In this document: one piece after another, positions 18,365-28,877 of the stretch
How the letters are laid out: the number at the start of each line of letters is the position of its first letter
Numbering within the stretch: position 1 is the first letter of the stretch
From: Thermaceae bacterium
GTDB taxonomy: Bacteria; Deinococcota; Deinococci; Deinococcales; Marinithermaceae
Direction: 5' to 3'
DNA: 64,000 bases
Assembly (NCBI GenBank): GCA_026985615.1
Contig: JALSQD010000001.1
Span: forward strand, 281 to 64,280
Translations under genes and position numbers: made by a program
Notes under the pieces: generated by a model
Told to the model about the DNA's origin: nothing
Seen by the model: only the letters and a program-made list of their open reading frames with translations
Databases searched by the model: none

Positions 18365-18789
18365 CCGCCGGGAACGAGCCGGGCTGTGGCGTAGCTGCGC
18401 AGGCCCAGGAGCACGCGACGCAACAGCTCGGCGTCTTCGGGCAGGAACCGGCCGTAGCGCGAGAGGCGCAGGTCGTAGCCACCGAGGTCGAAGTGGGTCT
18501 CCACCTCGGCGGCGAAGTGGGCGGAGTCGACCTCGCCCACCCCGAAGGCTTCCACCACGATCAGGCCCCGTTCGGGGTAGCCGTGGGCGGCCAGGTAGCC
18601 GCTTGAGCCGGTGTGGACCACCGAGGCGCCGTCCGGGCCCTCTACGGTCAGCCGCTCGAGCCGTCGCCCCAGCGGCCAGGCGGGGGCCAGGAGCGCGAGC
18701 GTCCGCCCCAGCTCATCCGGCTGCAAGCGCCAGGCCTCCACGCCCCTGCCGTCGAGGACCAGATGGGTTCCAAAGGCAAACCGTTTCAA
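18361..18789 (-). CDS. S-adenosylmethionine decarboxylase-like protein (divergent paralogue)
   Basis: 142 aa. FGTHLVLDG...HTGSSGYLAAHGYPERGLIVVEAFGVG resembles the class-1 AdoMetDC core (..ESH.S.HTWPE....D.F.CG), but with SS at the processing position and no Cys in the FGVG segment. Confidence 0.5.
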   Translation of the reverse strand: MKRFAFGTHLVLDGRGVEAWRLQPDELGRTLALLAPAWPLGRRLERLTVEGPDGASVVHTGSSGYLAAHGYPERGLIVVEAFGVGEVDSAHFAAEVETHFDLGGYDLRLSRYGRFLPEDAELLRRVLLGLRSYATARLVPGG

Positions 18790-18942
18790 GCGTGCACCAC
18801 TCCCGAACTCACATTATCATCCGCCCGTCCACGCTAGGGTGCACTGAGGGCTTTCGCCCCTAGGTGAGGCCGCTTGCACAGGCGTTTAATGAATGAGACT
18901 GTTGTGAGCGGTGCTAAACTTGTTGGCGTAAAAGGAGGCGAT

Positions 18943-19299
18943 ATGTACCGCGGAAGAGAAGGCCAATGGGCGTTTATCCTACACAGGATCACCGGGGTCG
19001 CCATCATCCTCTACCTGCTGGCGCACGTAGGGGAGCTGACCGCCGCGATGATCGGGCCCAAGTACTCCAACGCAATCCTGCACTTCTTCCACCAGCCCCT
19101 GTTCCAGCTAGGGCTGCTCGCTGTGATCGGGGCCGTGCTTTACCACGCCCTCAACGGATTGCGGATCATCCTCATGGACTTTACCTCCTGGGGGACGCGG
19201 GTGCAGGATAAGCTCTGGTACGGGGTGCTTACCCTTTTCGCTCTGCTCTACATCCCCACCGTCATCAAGATCCTGCCTGAAATCTTTGGAGGTCGCTGA
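18943..19299 (+). CDS. sdhC: succinate dehydrogenase cytochrome b subunit
   Basis: AAGGAGG RBS precedes ATG 18943. MYRGREGQWAFILHRITGVAIILYLLAHV is followed by three TM helices. First gene of sdhCDAB. Confidence 0.88.
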   Translation: MYRGREGQWAFILHRITGVAIILYLLAHVGELTAAMIGPKYSNAILHFFHQPLFQLGLLAVIGAVLYHALNGLRIILMDFTSWGTRVQDKLWYGVLTLFALLYIPTVIKILPEIFGGR

Positions 19300-19700
19300 T
19301 GGCCATTCGCACGCGCAAGTTCGACGAGGCCAAGCGTCAGGCGCGCACGAACCTGGAGCTGATCTGGTGGGTCTTCATGCGCTTGTCCGGGTTGCTGCTC
19401 GTCTTTTTGGTGTTGGGGCACATCTACGCCAACAACATACGCATCAGCAACACCGAGATCGACTACAACTACGTCGCCACCCGCTTCTCGCAGCCGCTGG
19501 TCAAGCTCTACGACGTGGTCATGCTGACCCTGGCCCTCCTGCACGGCACCAACGGGTTGCGCTACGTGATCGACGACTACGTGAGACACGACGGCTGGCG
19601 TAGCTTTATCAAGTACGTGCTCTATATCGTGGTGGCCATCCTGATCGTGGCTGGCACCATGCTCGTCTTCAGCTTCCCGTTTAACAAGGTGGGGGGTTAA
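19299..19700 (+). CDS. sdhD: succinate dehydrogenase hydrophobic membrane anchor subunit
   Basis: Small three-TM protein between sdhC and sdhA. Its start overlaps the sdhC stop. Confidence 0.85.
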   Translation: MAIRTRKFDEAKRQARTNLELIWWVFMRLSGLLLVFLVLGHIYANNIRISNTEIDYNYVATRFSQPLVKLYDVVMLTLALLHGTNGLRYVIDDYVRHDGWRSFIKYVLYIVVAILIVAGTMLVFSFPFNKVGG

Positions 19701-19705
19701 CGGCA

Positions 19706-21445
19706 ATGGCACACGTGCACGATGTACTGGTCGTGGGTGCGGGCGGGTCCGGCCTGACGGCCGCGCTCTTCGCCGCACGCCACGGCGCGAACGTTGGCGT
19801 CATCAGCAAGCTCTACCCGACCCGAAGCCACACCGGCGCCGCCCAGGGGGGGATCGGCGCCGCGCTCGGGAACGTCGAGGAAGACCACTGGGAATGGCAC
19901 ATGTTCGACACTGTGAAGGGCGGGGACTACCTCACCGACCAGGATGCGGCCGAGGTCTTCGCCCGTGAGGTGATCGACGCGGTGATCGACCTCGAGCACA
20001 TGGGCCTCCCCTTCGACCGCCTGCCCAACGGCAAGATCTCGCAGCGCCGCTTCGGCGGGCACACCCGCGAGTACGGCAAGGCGCCGGTGCATCGCGCGGC
20101 CCACGCCGCCGACCGCACCGGCCACATGATCCTGCAGACGCTCTACCAGCAGTCGATCAAGCAGGGAATCACCTTTTACAACGAGTTCCACGTCCTCGAC
20201 GTGATCTTTACCGAGGACGGCCGGGCCATCGGCGTGGTGGCGCTCGAGTTCGCCACGGGCGAGCTGCACACCTTCATGGCCAAGTCCATCGTCATCGCCA
20301 CGGGCGGTTTCGGGCGCATGTTCAAGGTCACCTCAAACGCCTTCACGCTCGCCGGCGACCTCCAGTCGATCCTCTACCGCAAGGGCTGGATCCCGCTGGA
20401 GGACATGGAGTTTTACCAGTTCCACCCCACCGGCCTCTACCGCCTGGGCATCCTCGTGACCGAGGGCGCCCGCGGTGAGGGCGGTATCCTGCGCAACGCA
20501 AACGGTGAGCGCTTCATGGAGCGCTACGCGCCGACGATCAAGGACCTGGCCCCGCGCGACATGGTCAGCCGTGCCATGTACCTGGAGATCAAGGAAGGCC
20601 GCGGCTGCGGGCCCAACAAGGACTACATCTGCCTCGACCTCACCCACCTCGATCCCGACATCATCGAGCACAAGCTGCCTGACATTGCCGAGTTCTCGCG
20701 CACCTATCTGGGTGTGGACCCGATCAAGGAGCCGATTCCAGTGGTGCCCACGGCCCACTACGCCATGGGCGGCATCCCCACCACGCTCAACGGTGAGGTG
20801 ATCAAGGACGGCGAGGGCACCGTGATCCCCGGCCTCTACGCGGTGGGCGAGGCCGCCTGTGTGAGCCTGCACGGCGCCAACCGCCTGGGCACGAACTCTC
20901 TTGGCGACCTGGTTGTCTTCGGCCGGCGCGCCGGCCTGGCCTCGGCCCGTTTCGCCGAGGTGGAGTCGTTCGTGGACCTGCCGCCGACCGCCGCCGACGC
21001 CAGCCGCGAGATGATCGACAACATCAAGAGCCGCAGTGACGGCGAGACCCCCTTTGCCATCCGCAAGGACCTCCAGGAGACCATGATGGACAACGCCTCG
21101 GTCTTCCGCACGGAGGAGCTGCTGGAGAAGCAGGTGGGCATCGTTAAGGAGCTGATGGACCGATACGCGCGGGTGCGCATCGAGGACAAGGGCGACCGTT
21201 ACAACGCCGACCTCATCGACGCGCTCGAGCTGGGCTTCCTCCTCGACAACGCCGAGGCGCTGGTGCACTCGGCCAAGAACCGCAAGGAATCCCGCGGCGC
21301 CCACGCCCGCGAGGACTATCCGGAACGCGACGACGAAAACTGGCTCAAGCACACCCTCGTCTACCGCGAGGTGCCGGGCAAGGTGCGCTTCGCTTACAAG
21401 CCGGTGGTGCTGGGCCGCTTCGAGCCCAAGCCGCGCACTTACTAG
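19706..21445 (+). CDS. sdhA: succinate dehydrogenase flavoprotein subunit
   Basis: Contains [25 protein letters not shown] (FAD-linking His) and [10 protein letters not shown]. Confidence 0.96.
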   Translation: MAHVHDVLVVGAGGSGLTAALFAARHGANVGVISKLYPTRSHTGAAQGGIGAALGNVEEDHWEWHMFDTVKGGDYLTDQDAAEVFAREVIDAVIDLEHMGLPFDRLPNGKISQRRFGGHTREYGKAPVHRAAHAADRTGHMILQTLYQQSIKQGITFYNEFHVLDVIFTEDGRAIGVVALEFATGELHTFMAKSIVIATGGFGRMFKVTSNAFTLAGDLQSILYRKGWIPLEDMEFYQFHPTGLYRLGILVTEGARGEGGILRNANGERFMERYAPTIKDLAPRDMVSRAMYLEIKEGRGCGPNKDYICLDLTHLDPDIIEHKLPDIAEFSRTYLGVDPIKEPIPVVPTAHYAMGGIPTTLNGEVIKDGEGTVIPGLYAVGEAACVSLHGANRLGTNSLGDLVVFGRRAGLASARFAEVESFVDLPPTAADASREMIDNIKSRSDGETPFAIRKDLQETMMDNASVFRTEELLEKQVGIVKELMDRYARVRIEDKGDRYNADLIDALELGFLLDNAEALVHSAKNRKESRGAHAREDYPERDDENWLKHTLVYREVPGKVRFAYKPVVLGRFEPKPRTY

Positions 21446-21454
21446 GAGGAAGCC

Positions 21455-22156
<702 letters not shown>

Positions 22157-22174
22157 TCCGCGCTTGCTTCGCGT

Positions 22175-22203
22175 GGCGCGGCGAAAGCCGCGCCGCCTTT
22201 TTG
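22175..22203 (+). terminator. intrinsic terminator after sdhB
   Basis: GGCGCGGC-GAAA-GCCGCGCC followed by GCCTTTTTG. A TAGAAT -10 box follows at 22204-22209. Confidence 0.8.
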
Positions 22204-22236
22204 TAGAATGAGGAAGGTACCCAAAGGGAGGTTCTT

Positions 22237-22824
22237 ATGGCGCGCAAGAAGATTCTTATGTTTGTGGGCGACTTCATGGAAGACTACGAGGCCATGGTGC
22301 CCTATCAGATGCTCCTCATGGCCGGACACCAGGTGGACGCGGTTTGCCCCGGCAAGAAGCCGGGCGAGACCGTGAAGACCGCGATTCACGACTTCGAGGG
22401 CGATCAGACCTACAGCGAGAAGGTGGGGCACAACTTCGCGGTCACCGCCGATTTCGACAAGGTGGACCCCGCGAACTACGACGCACTACTCATTCCCGGG
22501 GGCCGGGCGCCGGAGTACCTGCGCCTTAACGAGCGGGTGCTCGAAATCACCCGGGCTATGGCCGCGGCGGGCAAGCCCATCGCGGCGATCTGCCACGGGC
22601 CACAGATCCTGGCGGCGGCGCGGGTCATCGAGGGCTTCGAGATCTCCGGCTACCCCGCGGTGGGGCCCGAGATCGAGCTGGCTGGCGCAAAGTATGTGGG
22701 GCCTAACGATACTTTCACCAACGCGCACACCGACCGCAACTTCGTTACCGCTCCCGCCTGGCCCGCCCACCCCGAGTGGATCCGCCAGTTCCTCGAGGTC
22801 CTGGGCACGCGCATCGAGCCCTGA
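22237..22824 (+). CDS. DJ-1/PfpI family protein (PfpI-type intracellular protease/deglycase)
   Basis: Nucleophile elbow [10 protein letters not shown], with GGRAPEY upstream. GGGAGG RBS. Confidence 0.88.
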   Translation: MARKKILMFVGDFMEDYEAMVPYQMLLMAGHQVDAVCPGKKPGETVKTAIHDFEGDQTYSEKVGHNFAVTADFDKVDPANYDALLIPGGRAPEYLRLNERVLEITRAMAAAGKPIAAICHGPQILAAARVIEGFEISGYPAVGPEIELAGAKYVGPNDTFTNAHTDRNFVTAPAWPAHPEWIRQFLEVLGTRIEP

Positions 22825-22840
22825 GCTGCGGATGCACTTA

Positions 22841-22872
22841 AAACGTGGCGGCACGTAAGTGCCGCCACGTTT
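22841..22872. terminator. bidirectional intrinsic terminator between convergent genes
   Basis: AAACGTGGCGGCAC-GTAA-GTGCCGCCACGTTT, a perfect 12-bp stem flanked by A and T runs on both sides. Confidence 0.8.
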
Positions 22873-22886
22873 GTGTGGGCCGCTCG

Positions 22887-24128
22887 TTAGAAGCCGCGAA
22901 CGTTGAGGAAGGGCTCGGGGTGCGGGTTGCCCGAGGTGTTGGTCCAGTCGGAGGTGTCCTCGGCGTTGGCCAGCAGCGCCGCCTTGACCTCGGCCGGGGT
23001 GTAGTCGGGGTGGAGCGAGAGCACGAGAGCTGCGGCCCCCGTGACGTGCGGCGTGGCCATCGAGGTGCCGCTAATGGTGTTGTAGCCGCCGTCGTTCCAA
23101 GTGGAGAGGATGTCCACGCCTGGGGCGGCGATGTCCACGTCGTCGCCGTAGTTCGACCAGTAAGGCCAGTCGTCGTTGGCGTCGGTGGCCGAGACGGTGA
23201 TGACCTCGTCGTAAGCCGCGGGGGTGGAGGTGCTGGCGTCGGCGTCTTCGTTTCCAGCGGCGACCACCACGGTGACGTTATAGTCGCAGACCGCCTTCTG
23301 GATAACGTTGTGGAAGGCGTCGGTCGAGCGCACCGAGGGGCAGTACTGGCCATCCTGATCGTCGCTACCCGCTCCACCCAGGCTCATGTTGATCACCTTG
23401 GGCAGCCCGCCGTTGTCGTGTTCGATCACCCACTCGATGCCGGCGATGATGCCGGTGGTCGAGCCCGAACCGGTATTGGAGAGCACCTTGACCGCGTGCA
23501 AGGTGGCCTGGGGGGCCACGCCGATCACGCCCACGTCGTTATCGGTCGCGCCAACCGTTCCCGCCACGTGGGTGCCGTGGCCGTTGTCGTCGTCCCAGGG
23601 GGCGGCGCAGCTGGGCCCCTTGCACTCGACGACGGCGTAGCCGTCGCTGGAAACGTAGTTCGTCAGGTCTTCGTGCCCTACCTTGATGCCGGTGTCCACG
23701 ATGTAGACGGCCACGCCCGCGCCCTTGGAGATGGTCGTGGTTGCGCCGATGCGGTCAATGCCCCAGGGCACCACCTGGCCCTCGGGGGTTTCGCTCGTGG
23801 GCGGGCCGCCGCGAACAGCCTGGACCTCGCGGTCGGGGCTGAGGGCGTAGACGCGTGGGTCGCGGGCCAGGGCCTCGGCCTGCTCGGGGGTGAGCGAGCG
23901 CAGGATCACCGTACCCAGGGCGGTGAGGCGGTCCTCGCTCTGGATGGTGAGGCCGTAGTCGGCGGCGAGGGCGTCCACCGTCTGCATGAAGACGTCGGAC
24001 TGGAGCCAGCTCGCGCTCGGCTCAATCACCGCGATGTAGTCGGCCCCTTCGGGCTCGAGCGCCGTCGTCGAGCACGAGGTCAGCGCGAAGAGGGCGGACA
24101 ACACCAAGAAAACCGAAAGCTTCTTCAT
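22887..24128 (-). CDS. lipoprotein subtilisin-like serine protease (S8) with inhibitor-I9-like propeptide
   Basis: Lipobox LFALTSC. Catalytic motifs [19 protein letters not shown] and [30 protein letters not shown]. Confidence 0.92.
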   Translation of the reverse strand: MKKLSVFLVLSALFALTSCSTTALEPEGADYIAVIEPSASWLQSDVFMQTVDALAADYGLTIQSEDRLTALGTVILRSLTPEQAEALARDPRVYALSPDREVQAVRGGPPTSETPEGQVVPWGIDRIGATTTISKGAGVAVYIVDTGIKVGHEDLTNYVSSDGYAVVECKGPSCAAPWDDDNGHGTHVAGTVGATDNDVGVIGVAPQATLHAVKVLSNTGSGSTTGIIAGIEWVIEHDNGGLPKVINMSLGGAGSDDQDGQYCPSVRSTDAFHNVIQKAVCDYNVTVVVAAGNEDADASTSTPAAYDEVITVSATDANDDWPYWSNYGDDVDIAAPGVDILSTWNDGGYNTISGTSMATPHVTGAAALVLSLHPDYTPAEVKAALLANAEDTSDWTNTSGNPHPEPFLNVRGF

Positions 24129-24185
24129 AGCGCCTCCTTTCCTTGTGCACGAGAAGACCGTGCTAGTTTGCAGCTTATCGGAGGT

Positions 24186-24214
24186 GCTATAAGGCCTGGG
24201 CGTGTATTAAGCAA
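24186..24214 (-). promoter_or_regulatory. candidate promoter for the S8 protease gene
   Basis: The minus strand reads TTGCTT, a 17-nt spacer, then TATAGC. Confidence 0.45.
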
Positions 24215-24217
24215 AGG

Positions 24218-25861
24218 TTAAGGCGTGGCGAGAGCCAGCTGCTGACGCAGCGCGCCCGCACGCCGTTCGATCTTGTCAAGGGCAGACGCGAGCTCCCGCA
24301 AGCGCTCGGCGCGCTCGCTCGCCTCGCTGCAGCGGTCGCGGTAGAGGGCGCGAAAACGCTCGGCTGAGCGGGCCAGCTCGCCTTCGAGGGTGGCCTCGAG
24401 CCCCTGGGCGAGCTCACGCTCGAGTCGGTCGAGGCCTTCGTCCACCCGGCGCTGCGCTGCTTTCTTGCGGCGCGGGAGGATGGAGAGTCCCAGCGCCGCC
24501 GCCACCAGGCCAGCGGTGATTCCGGTCACGTCGGCAGCGAGCCCGTGCAGGGCCACCGCCAGCCCGGCCCCCAGGCCCACGGCCCCGAGTTCGGCCAGGG
24601 CGGTGTGCTGCAGGGCGCGGCTCAGCAGGCCGTGCAGGTCGCGGGCCTCGGCCTCGGGGTCGTAGGTCTCCAGCGCGCGCAACACCTCCTGGGAAAAGCC
24701 GGGGTCGTCGTCTTCGAAGGCTTGCGGGCGGCCCGTCGTCTGCAAGAGGTCGAGGGCGCCGGCGAGCAGGTCGCGCTCGGCCCGGGCCATCCAGCTCAGG
24801 CTTTCCTGGATGCGGCGCTCGAGTTCGCGGTGGGCCTCGCCCACAACCTCCTCCTCAAACGATTTCTGGATCTTGCTGGCGTTGAGAAGGTCGAGCAGCC
24901 GACCCAGCCGCAAGGTCTCGTCGAGCCAGCGCTCGGAGCGGCGGCGAATCTTGGCGATCTCGGCCGAGATCTGCGCGGTCTGGCCGCGGAACTCCTCACG
25001 GACCCGCCGCTCGTGACGCGCGAGCAGGGCCTCCAGGCGGTCGCAGGTTTCGAGGTCGCGTTCGAGCGAGCGCACCTCCTCGTCCACCCGCGCGCGGGCC
25101 TCGCCCGCGAGTCGCAGCAACACACCCAGCGGTGAGCCCAGCTTGAGGCGTGCCGCTTCTTCGCGTAGCACGCGTTTGATGTAGGCTTCCAGCTCGTCCA
25201 CGCCCCCACCCTCGCCGCTGCGGGCCTGGCGCGCGGAGACGCCAAAGACGGGCGGTTCAAGATCGAGGGTGCGCGCCGCCTGATCGCGCACGTAGTCCAG
25301 CACCTCCTGGGCCTCCTCGGGACGGAGCAGGTCGAGCTTGTTGACGACCAGGACGACCTTCTTGCCCCAGCGCTTGATGAGTTCGAGGAAGTCGCGCTCG
25401 CTGGCGGTGAACGGACGGTCGGTGCTGGTGGTGAAGAGGATCAGGTCGGCACGGGGGAGGAAACGCTCGGTGAGGAGCTGGTGGTGCTCGAGCACCGCGT
25501 TCGTCCCCGGCGTGTCCACGAGGCGCACGTCGCGCAGCAAGGAGTGGGGCAGTTGCAGCACGACCAGCCCCGGCTCCTCGACCCGACCCACCGACTCCTC
25601 ACCGTAGGCGATCAGCTGGATGCGGTCGGTGGTGGGCGTCACCCCTTCGCGCAAGAGTTCACGCCCCAGCAGGGCGTTGAGCAGGCTCGACTTGCCACTG
25701 TTGAACTCGCCGGCCACGACGAGCAGGAAGGGCCCTTCCAGGTCCTGGATGGCCTGGCGCAGGGGCGTGGTCTCATCCTCCGCGCGCGCCAGCACCTCGA
25801 GCCCCCGGGTCAGAAGCTCCCGCACCTCGCCCGTGAGGCGTTGTAGTTCGGCGTCAATCAC
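24218..25861 (-). CDS. dynamin-family GTPase (bacterial dynamin-like protein)
   Basis: P-loop GEFNSGKSSLLNALLG, plus DTPG and NKLD. It has long coiled-coil regions and a hydrophobic paddle, LGAGLAVALHGLAADVTGITAGLVAAALGLSIL. GTG start. Confidence 0.85.
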   Translation of the reverse strand: MIDAELQRLTGEVRELLTRGLEVLARAEDETTPLRQAIQDLEGPFLLVVAGEFNSGKSSLLNALLGRELLREGVTPTTDRIQLIAYGEESVGRVEEPGLVVLQLPHSLLRDVRLVDTPGTNAVLEHHQLLTERFLPRADLILFTTSTDRPFTASERDFLELIKRWGKKVVLVVNKLDLLRPEEAQEVLDYVRDQAARTLDLEPPVFGVSARQARSGEGGGVDELEAYIKRVLREEAARLKLGSPLGVLLRLAGEARARVDEEVRSLERDLETCDRLEALLARHERRVREEFRGQTAQISAEIAKIRRRSERWLDETLRLGRLLDLLNASKIQKSFEEEVVGEAHRELERRIQESLSWMARAERDLLAGALDLLQTTGRPQAFEDDDPGFSQEVLRALETYDPEAEARDLHGLLSRALQHTALAELGAVGLGAGLAVALHGLAADVTGITAGLVAAALGLSILPRRKKAAQRRVDEGLDRLERELAQGLEATLEGELARSAERFRALYRDRCSEASERAERLRELASALDKIERRAGALRQQLALATP

Positions 25862-25867
25862 GCATCC

Positions 25868-25873
25868 ATGCTA
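25868..25873 (-). promoter_or_regulatory. -10-like box TAGCAT, 6 nt upstream of the dynamin GTG
   Basis: The minus strand reads TAGCAT-GGATGC-GTG. Confidence 0.3.
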
Positions 25874-25893
25874 CCAGCCCACGGTAAAAGCCC

Positions 25894-25919
25894 AACAAAA
25901 AAGCCGGGTTTCCCCGGCT
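25894..25919 (-). terminator. intrinsic terminator after tRNA-Ile
   Basis: The minus strand reads AGCCGGG-GAAA-CCCGGCT followed by TTTTTGTT. Confidence 0.8.
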
Positions 25920-25922
25920 CTT

Positions 25923-25999
<77 letters not shown>

Positions 26000-26043
26000 G
26001 CATTGCCCAGCACGGGATATGGTATCAACCCCGCTGGGGGCTG

Positions 26044-26640
26044 TCAAGGCTTGGCTACGCGCTCGGCCCGCTGCCCGACGGCGTCCACGGCGATGACCGT
26101 TGCCGATTGGGCGGGTACCTGGATGAGGAAACTCACCTCTTTGCCCCGCGGCAGGGGCAGGCGGCTGTAGGTGTTGCCGTACTTGACGACCACTCGGTCC
26201 ACCTCCACGTCGTCGGTGGCTTTGCCGATGATGCGCAGCAACTTGTCTTCGGTGAGCTCCACGCGCTCCAAGACAAGTTTGGGTTTCTCGGTATCGAGGA
26301 TGAGGGGCAGTTTCACCTGCCGTACCGCGCCCGCTACGTCCTGCGCGGTCACCTCGAGCTCCACCTCGCCCCCGCGCTCCGCTTGGACCAGGAAGCGAAA
26401 CTGCACCAGCTTCTTGCCGGCCTCCTCGGGGGGCAGCACCTCCTGGTTGCCCACCCGCACGCTGGCCACGCCGCTGTCGTCGAAGGCGTAACCCTCGACC
26501 GTCACCTTCTGACCCTCGCTCACCGCGCCGCTGCGCGGTTGGGTGATGCCGAGTAGCGGCGCCATGGCGTCGCCACGGCGGGAGCAACCGGCCAGTAGCA
26601 GGGCGGCGAACAAGAGGAAAAGGAGGGGGCGCTCACGCAT
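26044..26640 (-). CDS. lipoprotein with two Ig-like repeats, function unknown
   Basis: Signal peptide and lipobox LLLAGCS. Internal repeat VTVEGYAFDDSGVASVRV / LRIIGKATDDVEVDRVVV. Confidence 0.7.
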   Translation of the reverse strand: MRERPLLFLLFAALLLAGCSRRGDAMAPLLGITQPRSGAVSEGQKVTVEGYAFDDSGVASVRVGNQEVLPPEEAGKKLVQFRFLVQAERGGEVELEVTAQDVAGAVRQVKLPLILDTEKPKLVLERVELTEDKLLRIIGKATDDVEVDRVVVKYGNTYSRLPLPRGKEVSFLIQVPAQSATVIAVDAVGQRAERVAKP

Positions 26641-26781
26641 CCCCTACATGATATAGGCCTTTGCGTTAGAAAGTGTGCACGCTTGAGTGGATATTTTGAA
26701 TAAAGGCGTAGGTCAACCCCTAGCTTCCCATGAGCGCATGGGTGGAGGAGATGCCAAAGCCGCTCCTTCACGTAGAGGATT

Positions 26782-27057
26782 TCATCCACGTGATAGTCGC
26801 ATACCAAGTCCACGTAAGGGGTCGATTAAGAGAATCATGCTGGCCTCTCTGTGCCCTTGCCCGCTTGCGCCGCCAGCGGTTGAAACAGGGCAGCCCAGCG
26901 CTAGGTTGATGCCCGTGATCTCCATGACGTCGCTGGCCTCGTTGCTGGTGGCCCAAGTGTGGGTCTGCAGGCCAAGCTCAATGCGAAACTTCGAGGTATG
27001 CGTTCCCTACGCCTGAACAAAGCCAACGCTGGCGATGGTGGTGAGAAGCACCCCATC
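26782..27057 (-). pseudogene. decayed paralogue of the adjacent small beta-barrel OMP gene
   Basis: A single minus-strand frame reads (V)LLTTIASVGFVQA, then TAG (27009-27007), then GTHTSKFRIELGLQTHTWATSNEASDVMEITGINLALGCPVSTAGGASGQG... This parallels the neighbour's signal peptide and its MRFSIGL..GSVDMIMGGDALDIEGIDLRYYYGAGASAFF. The frame has an in-frame stop and no credible start. Confidence 0.45.
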
Positions 27058-27118
27058 GCGTTCAATCCTCTATCACCCACGTAAATTTATGGCGTATACG
27101 TGTAACGTATCCAAGGGC

Positions 27119-27151
27119 GTAAATGAACGGGGCAGCCCGGTGGGCTACCCC
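27119..27151 (-). terminator. terminator-like hairpin after the OMP gene
   Basis: GGGGCAGCCC (27129-38) pairs with GGGCTACCCC (27142-51) with one mismatch. On the minus strand it is followed by GTTCATTTA. Confidence 0.45.
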
Positions 27152-27169
27152 TTGGGTGAAAGGCGCAGC

Positions 27170-27619
27170 TTAGTAGAAGTTCACTCCGAAGCGGCCACCA
27201 TAGAAGGGGCTAAAGCCGAAGTAGGTGTCGTATTCGGCACCCAGTTGGATCTCGCTAAAGATCCCAAAGTTGGTGTTCGGCACCATCCACTCGAGCGCGG
27301 CCAGGCCGTGACCGTTGAAGCCGAAGGCGCTACCGTAGAGGGTGTAGTTGGTGAAGAAGGCCGAAGCCCCCGCGCCGTAGTAATAGCGCAGGTCGATGCC
27401 TTCGATGTCCAGGGCGTCGCCACCCATGATCATGTCCACCGAGCCCGCCACGCCAAAGCCGCCATAAGCGGGAAGACCGATGCTGAAGCGCATGTTGTTG
27501 TCCATGGTGTACTGTACGCCAATGGCCTCGGGGTAACCTGAGAACACCCCGAAATAAGCTTTGGCCGAGGCGAACGAGAACGCCAGCACCAGACCTGCCA
27601 CGAACAGCGCTTTTCTCAT
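27170..27619 (-). CDS. small outer-membrane beta-barrel protein
   Basis: GGAGGTGA RBS precedes ATG 27619. Signal peptide MRKALFVAGLVLAFSFASA. It has alternating Gly/aromatic beta-strand patterns and the C-terminal sequence FGVNFY. Confidence 0.8.
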   Translation of the reverse strand: MRKALFVAGLVLAFSFASAKAYFGVFSGYPEAIGVQYTMDNNMRFSIGLPAYGGFGVAGSVDMIMGGDALDIEGIDLRYYYGAGASAFFTNYTLYGSAFGFNGHGLAALEWMVPNTNFGIFSEIQLGAEYDTYFGFSPFYGGRFGVNFY

Positions 27620-27659
27620 ACCATCACCTCCAAGAGTTTTGCTACGTACGTAAGTATAA

Positions 27660-27684
27660 CATAGCAATAGGGGCGAAAGCCCCT
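27660..27684 (-). terminator. terminator-like hairpin after argJ
   Basis: The minus strand reads AGGGGC-TTTC-GCCCCT followed by ATTGCTATGTT. Confidence 0.4.
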
Positions 27685-27721
27685 AGTTATCGCACATTTC
27701 CGTTTCTTGGGCAGGCGAGCG

Positions 27722-28870
27722 TCAGGTGGTGTACTCGGCGTTGATCTTGACGTAGCCTTCGGTCAGGTCGCAGCCCCAGGCTTCGCTCGCAGCCGGACCC
27801 TCGCGAAAGACCACGTCCACCACGACCTCGACCGCCTGCATCGCCTGGGAGAGCGCCACCCCGTTGAAGGGCACCGCGCCGCCGTCGTAGATGGTCGTGC
27901 CCTGGAGGGCGATCCGGGTGCGCTCTGGGTCGAAGTGCGCCCCCGAGTAGCCCAGCGCCACCAGGATGCGCCCCCAGTTGGGGTCGTTTCCGTGCACCGC
28001 GGCCTTCCACAGCGCGCTCGCCGCCACCGCCCGCGCCGCGCGCCGGGCCTCTTCTTCCGTGGCTGCGCCGCGCACCCGGACGGTGATTAGCTTCTCGGCA
28101 CCCTCGCCGTCGCGGGCGATCTGCCGCGCCAAGTCCCGGGCCACCGCGTGGACCGCCTCCCAAAAGGCCCCGGGGTCCACCGTTCCGGCTGCGCCGCTGG
28201 CCAGCAGCACCGCCATGTCGTTGGTCGAGGTGTCGCCGTCCACCGTTACCTGGTTGAAGGTCGCGTCCACTACCCCGGGCCAGCGCGCCCGCAATTCGTC
28301 CGCCTCTACGCGTGCGTCGGTGAAGAGGTAGGCCAGCATCGTGGCCATGTTGGGGTGGATCATGCCGCTGCCCTTGGCCACCCCCACCACCCGGGCGCCG
28401 CCAGGCAGGGTGCGCTCGCTCAGCTTGACGCGGGTGTCGGTCGTGAGGATTGCCTCGGCGAAGGCGTTCACCTCCGGCCCCAGCTCCAGCCCGGGCAGGG
28501 CGCGCTCGATCCGCGCCACCGGCAGAGGAACGCCGATCACGCCGGTCGAAGCGGTGAGCACCGCCTCCGGGGCCAGCCCCAGCCGCGACGCCGCCAGCTC
28601 GGCCATGCGGCGGTCGTCGGCGACGCCCTGGGCTCCGGTGGCGCAGTTGGCGTTGCCGGAGTTCACCACCAGGGCCGAGATCGTTTCCCGGCTCCGGTAG
28701 AGCGCGCGGCCGCGCAGCACGCAGGGTGCGGCCGCGCGGTTGGTAGTGGCCGCAAAGGCCCACGCCGCTTCCGGTTTGACATGTACTAGCGCCAGGTCGG
28801 GCTTGCCGCTCGGCTTGATGCCGCTGGCCGTGCCCCCTGCGCGAAATCCTCTGGGTAGCTGCATGACCAT
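27722..28870 (-). CDS. argJ: bifunctional glutamate N-acetyltransferase / amino-acid acetyltransferase
   Basis: ArgJ-like throughout, with the autoprocessing site [15 protein letters not shown]. Confidence 0.95.
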   Translation of the reverse strand: MVMQLPRGFRAGGTASGIKPSGKPDLALVHVKPEAAWAFAATTNRAAAPCVLRGRALYRSRETISALVVNSGNANCATGAQGVADDRRMAELAASRLGLAPEAVLTASTGVIGVPLPVARIERALPGLELGPEVNAFAEAILTTDTRVKLSERTLPGGARVVGVAKGSGMIHPNMATMLAYLFTDARVEADELRARWPGVVDATFNQVTVDGDTSTNDMAVLLASGAAGTVDPGAFWEAVHAVARDLARQIARDGEGAEKLITVRVRGAATEEEARRAARAVAASALWKAAVHGNDPNWGRILVALGYSGAHFDPERTRIALQGTTIYDGGAVPFNGVALSQAMQAVEVVVDVVFREGPAASEAWGCDLTEGYVKINAEYTT

Positions 28871-28877
28871 ACCTCCG

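Noticed and set aside
27031-27041. An 11-nt match (GGCGATGGTGG) to the 3-prime part of tRNA-Ile was considered as a possible att-site remnant of an integrated element.
   Set aside because: The match lies on the 5-prime side of the tRNA gene, whereas tRNA-targeting elements leave the duplicated 3-prime fragment downstream. No integrase gene is present, and an 11-mer match is compatible with chance in 64 kb.
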